A program made the position numbers and the translations under genes. DNA of 64,000 nucleotides from a virus: IMG/VR virus record IMGVR_UViG_3300005578_000001, positions 17,813 through 81,812 of that record; one strand, 5' to 3'. How positions within the stretch are numbered: the stretch's first letter is position 1; every line of letters starts with the position of its first letter. Of the stretch, positions 27,271 through 39,787 are shown in pieces. The notes beneath the pieces were generated by a model. The model was not told the DNA's origin. It saw nothing but the letters and a program-made list of their open reading frames with translations, and searched no databases.

Positions 27271-30200
27271 CCGATCCTCCGTCCTTCATCAAGCCACCGT
27301 AAACGGCTCTGATGAACCGTTAAGAGCGATTCCAGCGCCCGTATTCGTTCTTTAGCGGCGTCTCTGATGGCTTCCGCGATTCTCGCTTCGCGCATCTGAT
27401 GTTCAACGATCTGAGTCGTCATTGCGTCCTTAACGGCCACGGTTTCTTTTGGATTATCAGTTGAGATTTTCAAAAGGGCTTTGGCCCACGCTACGTCGTA
27501 GTCGTTCCGGGCCTCGGCGGCGATCCGGCACAGTGCCTCGAACTCATCTATGACGCCACTCAGGCTATTTGAGAGACGTACTAATTCCTGTTCGATAGAA
27601 ACCAGATCGTTCATCACTTCCCCTCTCCCTTTAGTTGCTCAAGCGCGGCCAGCAACGACTCGTGCGCAGCTTCCAAGTAGCTCCTGGCCGCAGTCCATGC
27701 TGCCTCGTCGGACTCCGGTATCTCGCCTAGCACCTGTGGATGACGATGTTTAACGACCTCGATCGCTTCTCCAATAGTATCGGCGCGGGCGGTGGCGAGC
27801 TTCTGTCGCGCTTCTGCTAACGCTGCCTGCGAGTGGCCTAAGTGAGTCATCAGTCGCCGTATCTCGTCTTTAAGCTGCTCGACTTCCGCCGTGACGAACG
27901 GATACGCAGGACCAACACGGAAGCCAATTCCGTTTGGCACGAACGATTGCGCGTACCACTTTTCGTAATCTTCCTTCGGCATGTCTGGTGGTAGTTGATC
28001 CTCGTACGTGTACCGCACTTCTGGATGCTGTACTGGTAAGTAGTCTATAGGTTGACGTGACTGCTTGCCGTGTCTGAATCCGTTGTTGTAACCGTCAGCG
28101 TGGGATCGATCCAGTAGCGCGGCAATCTCGGTAATCAGTTCTCGTAGATCGCGGAAGTCAGATGCTGGCCCAATCTTAGGAAATCGTTTCGACGCGTGAA
28201 CACGCTGATGCCACGCCTCAACGAATTGTCGCGCCTTCTCTTGCGTATCCAGCGCATCGGCTTCTGGTTGCGCTGTGGTTGGTGTGGTAGTGCTCACCGG
28301 ATTGCAGTTGCATGGCCTATCAGGGTAGATCCATTTATCGCACTCGACAGTATGGCCCACCGTATCGCCTTCTAGTTGCGCTACCTCGATCGCGGGTTCA
28401 TTGTCTTCGTTGATTATCATTCGTCCGTCATAGTTGATTGAGCCTGACATTTCTTCGATCGTGGGTAGTTGACCACTCATTGTGTAGTTCGCTGGCCGCC
28501 CTACTACGGGAACAGTGGCAGTGATTTCTTCAAGCCTGTCGAGGTTAATAACCCCGCTAACAGCGTCGAGCTGAGCAAGCAGGTAGTCGATGACCTCGCA
28601 CGCGAACTCAAACCTTGCCGTTGGGCTGCTCAGGTGCGACCACGGTAAAAGCTTCACCGCCCGTGCTTGCTTAATTGAATCGAGATCAATTTTGTCGCTC
28701 ATGGTATTAGTCTCCTTCACGATCCCATACGTACAGCACCGTCATGCCCGCGACGAATCCACACGCGCAACTAAGTAAAGCGATTATTCATCTAACGAAT
28801 GGACCAAACACCTTATGACACCATTCACAGTATTTATGCCATGCGGTTGACTGAGCGCTGATCTGGATCCAGCACAACTCCAGCCAGCCGCAACGTGGAC
28901 ATTGCTCGCTAATTCGTTCAGTCATGATGATTCATTGCTTTTCAACTTCGCGCTCGCTTCATATGCGATTGCGTCTGTCGTTCGCAGAAGTCCGCAATGG
29001 TTCGCAGGCAAGTCCGTTCAAATACAAGATCCGCGTTCGGTAAAAACGAATACTGTCGCCAGCGCCCTTCGCCGAGGCTGATGCGTGTCTGCGTGTTACG
29101 CACGGTCCAGATCTTTGTCTTCGGCACTGGTCCGACAATATCGCCAAGCTGAGTGGCTTTAACGAAACGTAGTCGCTTCTTCACGTCCTCTCTCCTTCCC
29201 TCTCTGCGCGGGACTTGGCCCAAGCGCGAACTTGATCCATCGCTTCGTCAAGACTCGCGCGCTCCGTTCGCAGCAACTCGAGCGGCACAATACTGTTCGC
29301 GTAAACTGTGATAGCGACGCCGCCGGTCGTAAGAAAGCTCACGTTGCAGCAATGCGGCGTCAACTCTCGAAGTTCTTTCAGCGCTGCTTCTACTGTTAAT
29401 CCTGTCTCAAAGTGGGGAGTGGCGATTATCCGCCTGAGAATCTCGTTTGCCGTAGCTCGCAAGTAGCCCAGCCGGAGTTTGTCGCCGCCAGCCGCATTCT
29501 CTGCTGTCTGTCCGCATTCGTCGATGTAGCCGTTGATGATACCCAGCACGTCCGCTGCTGCGCGGGGAAGATCAGCGTCCGGTAACTTCGCGGCGCGCAA
29601 AGTCATGGCCATGTTCGTTCCGAATTCAACAGTACGTTCGTTAGTTTCCGGCCCGTTTCGTAACGTGTCCTCAATCCATTGTGCGGCCCACTCAAGGGCG
29701 TCGTTGTATGTTTTTGCCACTTAATCCTCCAAGAAGTAATCGTGCGGCGCTTCTCCAGCTCGCAATTCGTACACCGCCCGGCTTCAATGTCTGCACTCGT
29801 CAGCACCGCGTCGCAAGACCAGCACGCGCCGAGGTTGTAGTCGGAGCGAGGTGCGGTGATGCGGGCGTGGAGTTGAGTGCGGCTGATCATAGGTACTTCT
29901 CGATTCTGTCGGCGATGTACTCAAATGTTTCGCCACGGTCATTTAACTTTGACGCTGACGCTGAATTACTCGCGATTCCGAGAACGGGGTTAGGGTCGCC
30001 GAGTTCCGCCCACTCCTGTACCGCAAAGGGAAGTTCTGAATCGTCAGCGCCATTGGAGGTTTCAAACCACGCTTTGTTGTGTTCGTTCCATGAGCCGTCG
30101 CCTGTATCTTTACGGTAGACCTCACACAGTACTCCTAGACAACAGAAGCGATCGTCTCCGTTGGAAACCCGTAGCAGCTTTTTGCCTTGTTCATACTTGC

Positions 30201-33200
30201 CGCTCCGCAGCGCCTTGATCCACAACTTCTTGATTCGTTTGTTCATCTCTGAATCCTCTCCCTCCCGACGCGCAGCATTTCAATCAGATTTCTCATCTGA
30301 CATTCGCCTCCGTATCCAGCTTACCCGCATCATACAATCCGATCCGTTCACAGATTCGCATCATCTGATTTGCTATCCCGCGTCTCTCGTTGATAAGCGC
30401 TCCGGCGCAGTGAATCGACTTCCCGGTGGCGCGATACTCGGACTCTTCATTGTCCGCATCAGCGGTCTGATGACAGGGGAATTCATTAGCGGCGAACTCT
30501 CTCAGTCGCGCCAGTTTGAAGCCTCGCTTCATTTGCGGCGTGTTCAGAAACGGACACTGGTTGCACGGCGAAGTCATCGTGTATTTCACTCTGTCCCCAC
30601 TTTCCGTGTGCGTAGTAGCTCTTTCAGGTCAGTGTTCTGCTCCCGCAATGTCTCTGTATGCGCATCAGCCCAGCCTGTCGCGTAGCCCGTAGAATAATCG
30701 TAAAATTGCGGGTCGAAGTTGTACGGGGCGCATTGCAACTCGGCTATCCGTTGACACACCGCATCGACGAAATTACAGCGCTGCTCGTTGGCGAAATCTT
30801 CATCTGCGTTATCGAACCGCCACTCGTGTGTTAGGCTGTCCGAGTGCCGGCAGCCTGCGTCGATCACGTCCATGATGGCCGCACGAATTGTCGTCAACGA
30901 GGCGAACTTCTTATCGTTCTCCATTGCGGCCAGGATTCGTTGCGCACGGGCCGGATCGAGTCGCTCCGTCAATTTCTCTCCGTCGTTCAAATCTACTCGG
31001 GCTCGTTCCAGCACGGGAGTGGCGAGGGCGATGAACTCAGCTTCATTTAGCCTGCTCGACTGCTCACCCACCCAGCGGCACATACTACATGCGCATAGAT
31101 TACTGTCGTGAATCATTGCCGTACCTCCTCTTCCACCGTCACTACGTCCGGCCGTTCACGCTCGTCTTCGCCTGTCAACTCTTCCAGTTGCCGATCGAGT
31201 ATTTCCTGAATCTCACCACGACTGCGACAACGGATATAGAGGTGCCACGTCCACCACAGGCGGTTACGGCAATCGCCCCAGCGCAGTACGCCGAAGTTTC
31301 CACCCAACGCCCGGTACATAACCGAGTAACACATGTAGATGACAAGAAACGGCGGCATGATGTCAAAGTGTTTGAAACAGTCACGCGCGGCTTTGCAACG
31401 TTCATTATAAAATTGCTTGTTGGGTGGCTTAATGTTAACTCTCATCCGCGCTCGCCTCCTCGGGTGGTGGGGTTGGTTGCGCTCATCCCAGCCACGTCTT
31501 GATCTGTTCAAGGTAGTAGATCGCCGCATAGATCACGTAGGTCCAGCCGAACACGGCGGCAAGTAACGCCCAGAGGAACGAATGCCACAGCTTCCATGAA
31601 ATAATGAAAGCTACTACGCCGCCCGCTGAAAACATTGTGCAGCCTGCGCCGCTACTTGAATTTGATTTGCTCTCACTCATCTCCTCCCCTTCCCTTTCGG
31701 CCCCGGCTTCATCCTTTACACGTTCCGCACGCAAATGCGAACAATGTTGCTAGGTTAATTTCTGCGATAGCCTGATTTTCCTTGTAGAGCACGATGAACA
31801 TTTCCGTGAATAGATGCGCCTCTTCCATGTCGATAACAGCCGAACCGATCTCGTTTGATTCTGGCGACAGGCGAGAGCGTAATTCTAGTTCGCGCTCCGA
31901 TAAGTGCTTCAATCCCCAGAATCCCGCATTGTCGAAGTTACCGCCGAAAGCTACGGCGTCCAAGTCCTGCTCGTCAGGCTCGTGCCAGTCGGGCCGGACC
32001 TTTAGCTCTTTTGCTAATTCCTGTAGTTGTAGTTGCGTGCGAATCCTTCTGATGTCGCTCATCTTTTTTCTTTCGGCTCCTCGCGCCAGTCCATGCGCTT
32101 ACATCTTGAGCAAACCTTCGGCAACTTCGGTTTACGTGGATGCCAGACATGGCCGCAGCGCTTGCATTCCAACGTGCTTAGTTTCACTCTCATACTGATA
32201 CGTATAACCTATACGTAGTGAGAAGTCAACAAAATAATTCACTCCTCTCTCACCCACTCCGGCGCAGGGTGGCGAGCAGCTCCTTGAACTCGTCCAGACT
32301 GCGCCGGGCCTGACCGTTGCCGAGATGCGAAGACTTATTACCTGCGTAGGCATCGACGTACTTCTGTATCGCGGCTACCAGTCGTGGCACGGCAGCGTGG
32401 TCAGCGACAATCTGCTCGGCAGTTGCTTCGTCCGTCGTAAAAGCCACATAGAAGCCGCGCTCGTCAACGATCTCTCGCTTGCTCTTATGGACGCGCCACT
32501 CCCTAGTGTCCGGCGCGGGTTGCGTGGCGGGTTGTGTAGCTGGCTGCGGTAATGGCTTGTGATGCGACGGATGTGTATCATCCGCGCCGCATCTGACGCA
32601 GTATTTTCCATAAGGCTCAAATTCGTGGTAAGGCATAGTCGTTTCAGTTGTCATCTCCTGATCCCCTTTCTGAGTTGCGGTCTGATGAGTTGCGTTAGCA
32701 AACGCAATGGTCCGTTAGTTCCATAAACCACGCACGCCAGTATTCAATATGATCACTAGCAGGAAGATCCTTTCTAATCGTCACCGACGGAGGGTGGACG
32801 TAGACATCGTTACCTAGCACGGTAACAACCCAGCCGTTATTTTTATTCCACTCCTTTTAACTTTCCATCTCAAACTCATCATAGTCACCGTGCGCTGCAA
32901 ACACGCAGGCTCGTTCCATGTAGTAAGGCTCGCCAAAGAACTTGTGTAGAATCGTCTCGGCGACGTCGTAAGCAAACCCCGTATCAATCGGATCGCCGTT
33001 GAGATACGTATCTCGCAACGTGATCCAGACACCGTGTAGCTCTCGCTTCACGATCCGCCCGTCACGGCCTTGTAATTCAGGAAAGTCGGGTCCGGCGTAG
33101 ACTGCGAATTTGTCAACCGTCGTCATCATCCTTCTCCTCTTTCTTTAAGGTGAGCACGAGATTAGTCGCCCTTAGCCACCAAACCATGCCGCTGAAACAT

Positions 33201-34074
33201 TATTGAGCATTGTCGGCCACGAATTGTCCGGTGTATACATCTTTCGCGTCTTTCTGGCCCATGTAATTACCTCACCTGGAGAGTCGATCACCGTCTCGTA
33301 ACTAAAACTCTGATATGGCGTAAGTACCGAACTGTCCGAATCGTGAACCACAACACAAAACGTCGCACCGCGTTTATCAATTCCCATAAAAGTACAGTCG
33401 GATAAGCTGGCGACTTTCTCTGCACGTTCCGCGATCAGGTTCATAGCCTGAAATCTATTTAGACCCTGCTCCCGAGCAAGATCGTTTCTGAATTGAAAGT
33501 TTGGATTCACTGTCTTAATCTCCTCTGTCGTGTTCGTCTCGTTCATAGTGAGTGCATCCTACTTGTTGAGTTTTTCAACCGAGCCGCCATCGATCCCCTG
33601 TTTCCAGTAGCCGTATGTACCATCGTCGCGCAATGTCTCGATGTACCAGCCGTCTGTTTTACCGTAGTGGTTAGCAGTTTTGACATTGAACTCGCGCCCG
33701 TTGATACGAACTCGATCACCGCTCTTAAGATCGAAGTGTTTGACCAAGTTCAGTCCGGCCTTGCGCTTGTCGGCGCACTTGCCACATTCGCCGTAACCAT
33801 TCAGAAAGTTAAGTTTCTGACATACCTTGCAATCTTCCATACCCTGCTCGCGCTGACTTGCGGCATCAAATTCATTGAGCGTGTCAAAGGCAGACTGCGC
33901 ATCTTCAATAGCTTCACGGACGTTTGCTTTGCCGATCTGCGAGTACGGTTTGTCGTACATCGCGCCCGCAAGTTGCAACAGTTTCTCGCTGCGTGACATT
34001 AAGCGGTTGATTAGATCATTGCGACTGCTCGCGTCTACCATTGATAGGATTTGCTTTGTCGTTTTCGGTTGCAT
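27267..34074 (-). other. leftward early operon of small hypothetical phage genes
   Basis: Many coupled short minus-strand ORFs with RBS (e.g. 27614-28720, 29181-29720, 29887-30246, 30586-31116, 33172-33546, 33559-34074). Confidence 0.7.
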
Positions 34075-34098
34075 CGTTGTTATTTCTCCTTGACGCGC

Positions 34099-34171
34099 AT
34101 CCTACTCCTGTTATTTCCACCTGTCAAGCAAATAATTACCACTTGACAAAATTATTTTCAGGGTGTAATCT
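34099..34171. promoter_or_regulatory. back-to-back divergent sigma70 promoters
   Basis: Minus strand TTGACA-17-TAGGAT (34127-34099); plus strand TTGACA-17-TAATCT (34143-34171). Confidence 0.75.
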
Positions 34172-34179
34172 GCGGCTCG

Positions 34180-34377
34180 ATGAAACCCGTAACGATTACA
34201 GAAGCGGCCAAGATCAAAGGCGTGACGCGACAGGCGATCCACGCTGCCATCCGGGCCGACAAGCTCAGAACTGTCATAGTTGACGTGCCGACGCGCATGG
34301 TGGTGCGGCAATCGCTAAACCACTGGCAACCGAATGGCAATATGAAGCGAGCTGGCAGACCGAAGCGAAAGGGGTAA
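34180..34377 (+). CDS. small HTH DNA-binding protein (excisionase/Cro-like)
   Basis: VTITEAAKIKGVTRQAIHAAI; GRP tail. Confidence 0.75.
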   Translation: MKPVTITEAAKIKGVTRQAIHAAIRADKLRTVIVDVPTRMVVRQSLNHWQPNGNMKRAGRPKRKG

Positions 34378-35650
34378 AGGAGATGAATCTAGCACTGACA
34401 ACCAATGACGGCGAGATCGTAACCGTAGTCGAAGATATTGAGGATTACGACCTAAGTAAGCAGGTGGCAGCGGTGGAAGTAATTGAAGCTATTAAGACGG
34501 AGCTTGCAAGGAGACGGCATGGGTAAGCGGCGTAGCGCTGTCCATTACACGCCTGTAGACACGTGGTCATGGTGTAAGTTACCGCTTCCAGTTAACGGAA
34601 CGGCCAATCTTGAGCACGTAACCTGCAAGCGCTGTATCGCAGCGATGACGCCAGCACAACGAGCGCAGCAACTAACCAACCCACGGGAGGGAGTACGAGC
34701 GAGGCGAGCGATATCTACGCAAGGCAAGTCCAAGATCTCCGCAACTGGTACAAGCTGCGACTGCCAGCCTTCGGCAAGATCGTACTTAGCGAGGCTGAAT
34801 ACAAAGCCGGAACCGACAGTCTCGAAGGTTTCCACGCAGATCTGGTCAAGGCCGCATTTGTCGAATGGCTGTCAATGCGCAGGTACGAACTGAGCTACAA
34901 TCAGGGTTGTGTAGCGTTCTTTAGCGCGGCGAAGGATTTGGAACTACTGGAGGTTCAGCCATGATCACCACCACCTACAACCTCTGGCGTAATGGAGGAC
35001 AGCCATGCACCGACTAACCCTCTCCGACTACGCCCTCGTCATCCTGCTCCTTATTGCCCTGGCGCTCGGTTTGAGCTATGGGTTACAGCGCTGGTTGACG
35101 CAGGTGAGTAGTGAGACGAGTGGGCGAATTGAGCACGCGGGGAGGAGCTATCAATGATCTTTCCAGTTATTACGTTTTTCCTCGCGGTTGTGGCATTAGT
35201 TGGACTCGTTCGATCGGAGTCTTTTGCCGCACAGGCTATATTCGCGTTCTGGGCAGTTCTGCTTACGATCTTGACCGCGCAAGCCTCGACCGATGAAGCA
35301 ATTGAAGAACGGCGTAAGTCAAGAGAAACGGCTTAGAAACAGGCACTGGTAAATAACGCACGGGCCAACAAATCTCAACGGTGACTAACACGGATGAAAT
35401 ATTGAAGTAAGAAATTCTTCCGTTCATTGAGTGACTGTAGTACAGTAGGGGATTAGAGGGTCACGTATGATCTCAATTCCACTAATAATTTGCTTACTTG
35501 GCCTGACTTTTTGGATCATCCTGAGTGCGCCAACCTCGTCACACTGGATCAAGTCTCTACTCGCAGAAGCCTCCAAGTGGTGTTTTATTATTGGTTTATT
35601 CTGGACTTTAGCGCCTTATGCGGGGAAGGTGTTGTTTTAGGGCAGTTACC

Positions 35651-36079
35651 GTGAGCACGAATCGCCTTATTGTCGCCGCTTTTGACTGGACTGAGCAACG
35701 CTCTCGTGCCGCGGTCGCCCTAGCTGAAGGGAAGACACAAAAGCAAGTTGCGCAAGAGGTTGAGGCGGGAGAGCGCACAATCCGAGACTGGCTGGCTAAT
35801 CCTGATTTCGCGGCAGAGGTAGATCGGTTATCTTTAATGGTGGGAATTGCGAGTCGGGCTGAACGGCTTCGATTAGCGATGCGTGTTGTCAGAGAGAGAA
35901 CCAAAGGTGAGGCGCCGGAAACAGATAGAGACTTGCTAGAATGGCTAAAGTTTGCGCAAAGTGAAACGGACGGAATCAAACTCAGTCTTACCGCCCAACT
36001 TGCCGCCGTCTCTACGACTGAGACACCTGTGGCCGATTCAGGATCAGATCGAGATAGCCTCACGAGCCAGTCAATCTAA
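35651..36079 (+). CDS. terminase small subunit-like HTH protein
   Basis: AAVALAEGKTQKQVAQEVEAGERTIRDW..PDF; directly upstream of TerL. Confidence 0.7.
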   Translation: MSTNRLIVAAFDWTEQRSRAAVALAEGKTQKQVAQEVEAGERTIRDWLANPDFAAEVDRLSLMVGIASRAERLRLAMRVVRERTKGEAPETDRDLLEWLKFAQSETDGIKLSLTAQLAAVSTTETPVADSGSDRDSLTSQSI

Positions 36080-37607
36080 TAGTCCCGTCCTCGAAAAATA
36101 TCAATCCCGTCCACAAGCTTACGCCAGAGAAATCCTTGGGGTCTCGCTGACCGAGGATCAGGACGAGATGCTGCAAAGCATCATTGATAACCGCTACACT
36201 CTCGTCAAAGCTTCTCACGCAATCGGTAAGACGATGACAGCAGCGGTCGCTCTTTCTCACTGGTATGATTGCTGGGCGCGACATATTGGTTATGTGACCG
36301 CGCCAACCTGGGATCAGTCGTTCGGACTCACTTTCAAGCAGTTAAAGTCTCTTCGCCGCGCTAAGAATCTGCCCGGTTTAATCCTTGAGCGCATAATTAA
36401 AGATGCAGATAAGAACCGCGAGGGAGATCATTACGTTCGCGCCCTCAATGCTGAAAAAGGCGAAGGGTTTCAGGGAGAGCACTCGGCCCCGATCCTGATT
36501 GTCATCGAGGAAGGACCAGGCGTTCCAAAATATATCTGGGATGCTATCGGTGGCTTGATGACTACCCCGTCATGTCGAGTTTTCGCTATTGGCAATCCAA
36601 CTGACGAGGCGACCGAGTTTGGGCTCGCTTCTGAGTCGTCGCTCTATCACGCAATGAGCATTTCCGCATTGAACCATCCAAACATTACCGCAGAGTTAAA
36701 ATGCGAGGATGCACCCATTCCTGAAGCCGTCCGTCTCCTATGGCTGAAAGAAATGCTCGAAAAGGAATGTGAGCAAGTCGATTCTCCCTCAGAAGAATCA
36801 TTCTTCTTTGTAGCTTTGCCTGAGATTGAAAAAGCCTTACGCGGTCAACCGGCAGACCTAGCCCACCAGTGGCACTACATGCCGACAGCATACTTTCAGG
36901 GTCGCGTGCTGGGCGAATTCCCAACACAGGCTGATCAGCAAGTTATTCCTAAATCCTGGTTAAAGTTTCAACCTGCTCTTACATGGTTAGGATCTGATTT
37001 ACCCGAAATTGGTTGCGACGTTGCGCGTTTTGGTGACGATCGCACCACAGTCTTTGTACGTCGCGGGCCATGTCTGCTGAAGGGCAGTGAAATTCGCAAG
37101 ATGGACACGGTTGAAGTTGCTACAGCTTGTAAAGATGAAGCGCTCGAAGCTGCACAAAACTATAAACCTGAGGCAACTAAAGAAGAGCAAGAGAGAATCG
37201 CCAAAAGACTCAGAATAAAGATTGACGTTACCGGAGGTTTAGGCGCAGGACCGCGCGACCTCCTTAAAAGTTGGGGTTACAACGCGATCTCCGTAAATTC
37301 AAGTGAAAAGGCCAAGGACGAGGAGCAATACAAGAATGTGCGCTCTGAATTGTGGTTTGAGATGCGCGAGCGAGCCCGTACTAAGAGACTTGACCTCTCA
37401 CGATTGCGCAAAGACATTCGTGAACGTTTAGAGCGGGAATTTTCGGCTCCGAAGTACAAAGCGCCTGGCAAAAAGGTCGTAGAAGACAAGGCGCAAATGA
37501 AAGCGCGGCTGGGATACTCCCCAGACTTGGCAGACGGAGCAAATCTCACATTCTACGAACCTGCCAAGAGCGGTCAGGTTCAAATAGTAGGCCGGATACT
37601 CGGGTAG
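35952..37607 (+). CDS. terL: terminase large subunit (start uncertain)
   Basis: ASHAIGKT Walker A, APT..Q, IVIEEG, IGNP, IGCDVARFGDDRT, SPDLADG. Confidence 0.92.
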   Translation: MRKVKRTESNSVLPPNLPPSLRLRHLWPIQDQIEIASRASQSNSPVLEKYQSRPQAYAREILGVSLTEDQDEMLQSIIDNRYTLVKASHAIGKTMTAAVALSHWYDCWARHIGYVTAPTWDQSFGLTFKQLKSLRRAKNLPGLILERIIKDADKNREGDHYVRALNAEKGEGFQGEHSAPILIVIEEGPGVPKYIWDAIGGLMTTPSCRVFAIGNPTDEATEFGLASESSLYHAMSISALNHPNITAELKCEDAPIPEAVRLLWLKEMLEKECEQVDSPSEESFFFVALPEIEKALRGQPADLAHQWHYMPTAYFQGRVLGEFPTQADQQVIPKSWLKFQPALTWLGSDLPEIGCDVARFGDDRTTVFVRRGPCLLKGSEIRKMDTVEVATACKDEALEAAQNYKPEATKEEQERIAKRLRIKIDVTGGLGAGPRDLLKSWGYNAISVNSSEKAKDEEQYKNVRSELWFEMRERARTKRLDLSRLRKDIRERLEREFSAPKYKAPGKKVVEDKAQMKARLGYSPDLADGANLTFYEPAKSGQVQIVGRILG

Positions 37608-37664
37608 ATACCTACAGATAATTCTAGTTGACGATAAGTAGGAATAGGTGTAGAGTGCACCCCT

Positions 37665-37898
37665 ATGAGAGTCGAGTATGAACTTGACCAATGGGAATGG
37701 CAGGGCACGACACGCTCGATCGAGATCGATCCTGAAGATTACGCTGGGCTGAGCGCAGATGAAATCAAAACACGGGTCTATAAAGAAATCCGGCGAGACG
37801 CTGAGCAGAATCTGCACTTTGTTTATGCTGAGGACGACGTTGCCCAAGAGATCATAGAAGCCGCAGAGTCAGAAGACGACGAAGATGAGGCAGACTAA
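37665..37898 (+). CDS. acidic hypothetical protein
   Basis: ORF after TerL. Confidence 0.55.
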   Translation: MRVEYELDQWEWQGTTRSIEIDPEDYAGLSADEIKTRVYKEIRRDAEQNLHFVYAEDDVAQEIIEAAESEDDEDEAD

Positions 37899-37900
37899 AG

Positions 37901-38266
37901 GTGCGCTACCAAAGTAAAACCTACTCTCTCTCAGATGAAGTTGTCTTATGGCTGGAAGGGTTGCGCGCGGATTACGGCTCTATCAACAAGGGCTTGCTGG
38001 CAGTGATGGCGGTGAACGGCAGTGCTGACAAGAACGAGTCTATACAACACTCAGACCCTCGCACGATTCCCGGCATCTCGGTTGGCTTACCAGAACAGAA
38101 ACCGGAAGCTGGAGGATTCAAATGCCGCTGCGTTCACGCCAACTGCGGCAAGAAGTTTATGGCACCGACTCGCTACGCGACTCTTTGCGATGATTGTAAG
38201 GAGAAGGGTCACTTAGGGGTCCCAAAAGACTGTGGCGAGTGCTTGCTGTTACAGGGAGGATTGTGA
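37901..38266 (+). CDS. hypothetical DNA-binding/Zn-finger protein
   Basis: RHH-like N-terminus and CxxC motifs. Confidence 0.5.
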   Translation: MRYQSKTYSLSDEVVLWLEGLRADYGSINKGLLAVMAVNGSADKNESIQHSDPRTIPGISVGLPEQKPEAGGFKCRCVHANCGKKFMAPTRYATLCDDCKEKGHLGVPKDCGECLLLQGGL

Positions 38267-38911
38267 GAGTTAAAGGTGAATGGCCCAGTGACGGTTAAGT
38301 ATCCTAACTTGAAGCCGATGACCTACTTTAACCCCAACAGCCCAACCTTACGCGAGTTGATCATCGTCCTATTTGTAGGTATAGCGGTACTGGTAACAAC
38401 AAGACTGGAAGAGGCGTGGCGGTTTGTTACAGGAGGAGCCCGATGAATGAAGAACAGAAATCGATGGAAGAGCTACTCGACGAGGCGACGGGACACCTTA
38501 ACGACGCACGGCGACACTTAAATCAACTATTAGATGATCCTGAGCTGGGAAAACTATTTGAGCTACCGGATTGGCTGGCGACTATCGAGATCGACGGCGA
38601 ACAGTAAAAAGGTTAAATGCGCGACTCATGGTTAATTATCTATCCTCTCGTTCTCGTAATCGAGGATTGTTACGTGCCTGAATCAGCCCGCTTAATTCTT
38701 GAAGTAGTAAAATACCTTGACGATGAAACCTGCGCGGTAACGCTTAAGCTACGGGCTATGGAAGCAGGTTGGAATCCGAGTCTCAATTAAGGCGGGATGC
38801 GTTACATGCGCCGAACGTCAGACCGACGCATGTATCCGGCTTCTGTTCCTGATACGAGCTGACGCAGGGATTTGTATTATAACTTAATCTATAGCCTATT
38901 TTGAATCTGAA

Positions 38912-39160
38912 TTGGGTAACAAAGTGAATCTTACCTCCTGTCCTGATTGCGATAAGAGTATCTCACTCTCTGCGGAAACCTGTCCGCACTGCGGCAAACT
39001 CTTTGCCCGTGAACCGACTGAGGTTACTCCCGGCCCGCGCTGGTCGTGGACAATCTACTGGGGCATAGTGCTGTTTGTGGTGATTCCGGGAATTATCAGT
39101 GCGGTAATTTCCACTCTCATATTCCTGTTGATAGCGGGAGCAGTGGCAGCAAGGAGATGA
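38912..39160 (+). CDS. zinc-ribbon membrane protein
   Basis: CPDC..CPHCG plus a TM helix. Confidence 0.65.
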   Translation: MGNKVNLTSCPDCDKSISLSAETCPHCGKLFAREPTEVTPGPRWSWTIYWGIVLFVVIPGIISAVISTLIFLLIAGAVAARR

Positions 39161-39256
39161 GTCGCAGGTTGGATTAAACTCGGCTCGCGTAAAACTTTTC
39201 TCGCCTGAAAACCTTTAACTCGTTTATACTGCGCAACAGAAAAGGCCAGCGATGGT

Positions 39257-39682
39257 CTATTTCCTCTGAGAACGATCGAGATAGGTAATCGCATTAATAA
39301 GACTATCTCGACGGTCTTTGAAACAACCAAGTCCTAAGTTACATTGGGTACACAAGAGCCCGCGTACAAAGCCCGTAGCGTGATCGTGATCAACGGCAAA
39401 CGGCAACTTCCCGCTGCCGTCCCATTCGCGCAACTCGCTACAGATAGCACATCTGCGGCCTTGTATTTCGTAACGACGTTTATATGAGATGTAGGTCAAC
39501 CCGTATTGCTTAAGCCGTTCATCAATGCGGGGGTGAGACGATGACCGCGGGGCGTTTTTCATACCCCGCAATGTGACGTATTCCATGCAAAAGGTCTTAT
39601 TTCTGAACAGGTATAGCGGTAAGTTCTTAATGCAGCCGGGGCAAAGTTTCTTAGGTTCCGTGCTAGATGGTGTGGTATCCAT
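39257..39682 (-). CDS. endonuclease VII-family homing endonuclease
   Basis: QGRRCAIC..VDHDHATGFVRGLLCTQCNLGLGCFKD. Confidence 0.9.
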   Translation of the reverse strand: MDTTPSSTEPKKLCPGCIKNLPLYLFRNKTFCMEYVTLRGMKNAPRSSSHPRIDERLKQYGLTYISYKRRYEIQGRRCAICSELREWDGSGKLPFAVDHDHATGFVRGLLCTQCNLGLGCFKDRRDSLINAITYLDRSQRK

Positions 39683-39787
39683 TGGGCGCGATCTCCTGAA
39701 TAGATTGCGATTGATGGTAGAACGGTCAGAACGCCTAAACGCTCTGACCGTTCGTATTGTAACACGCTTTCAACGAGCCATTACCTG

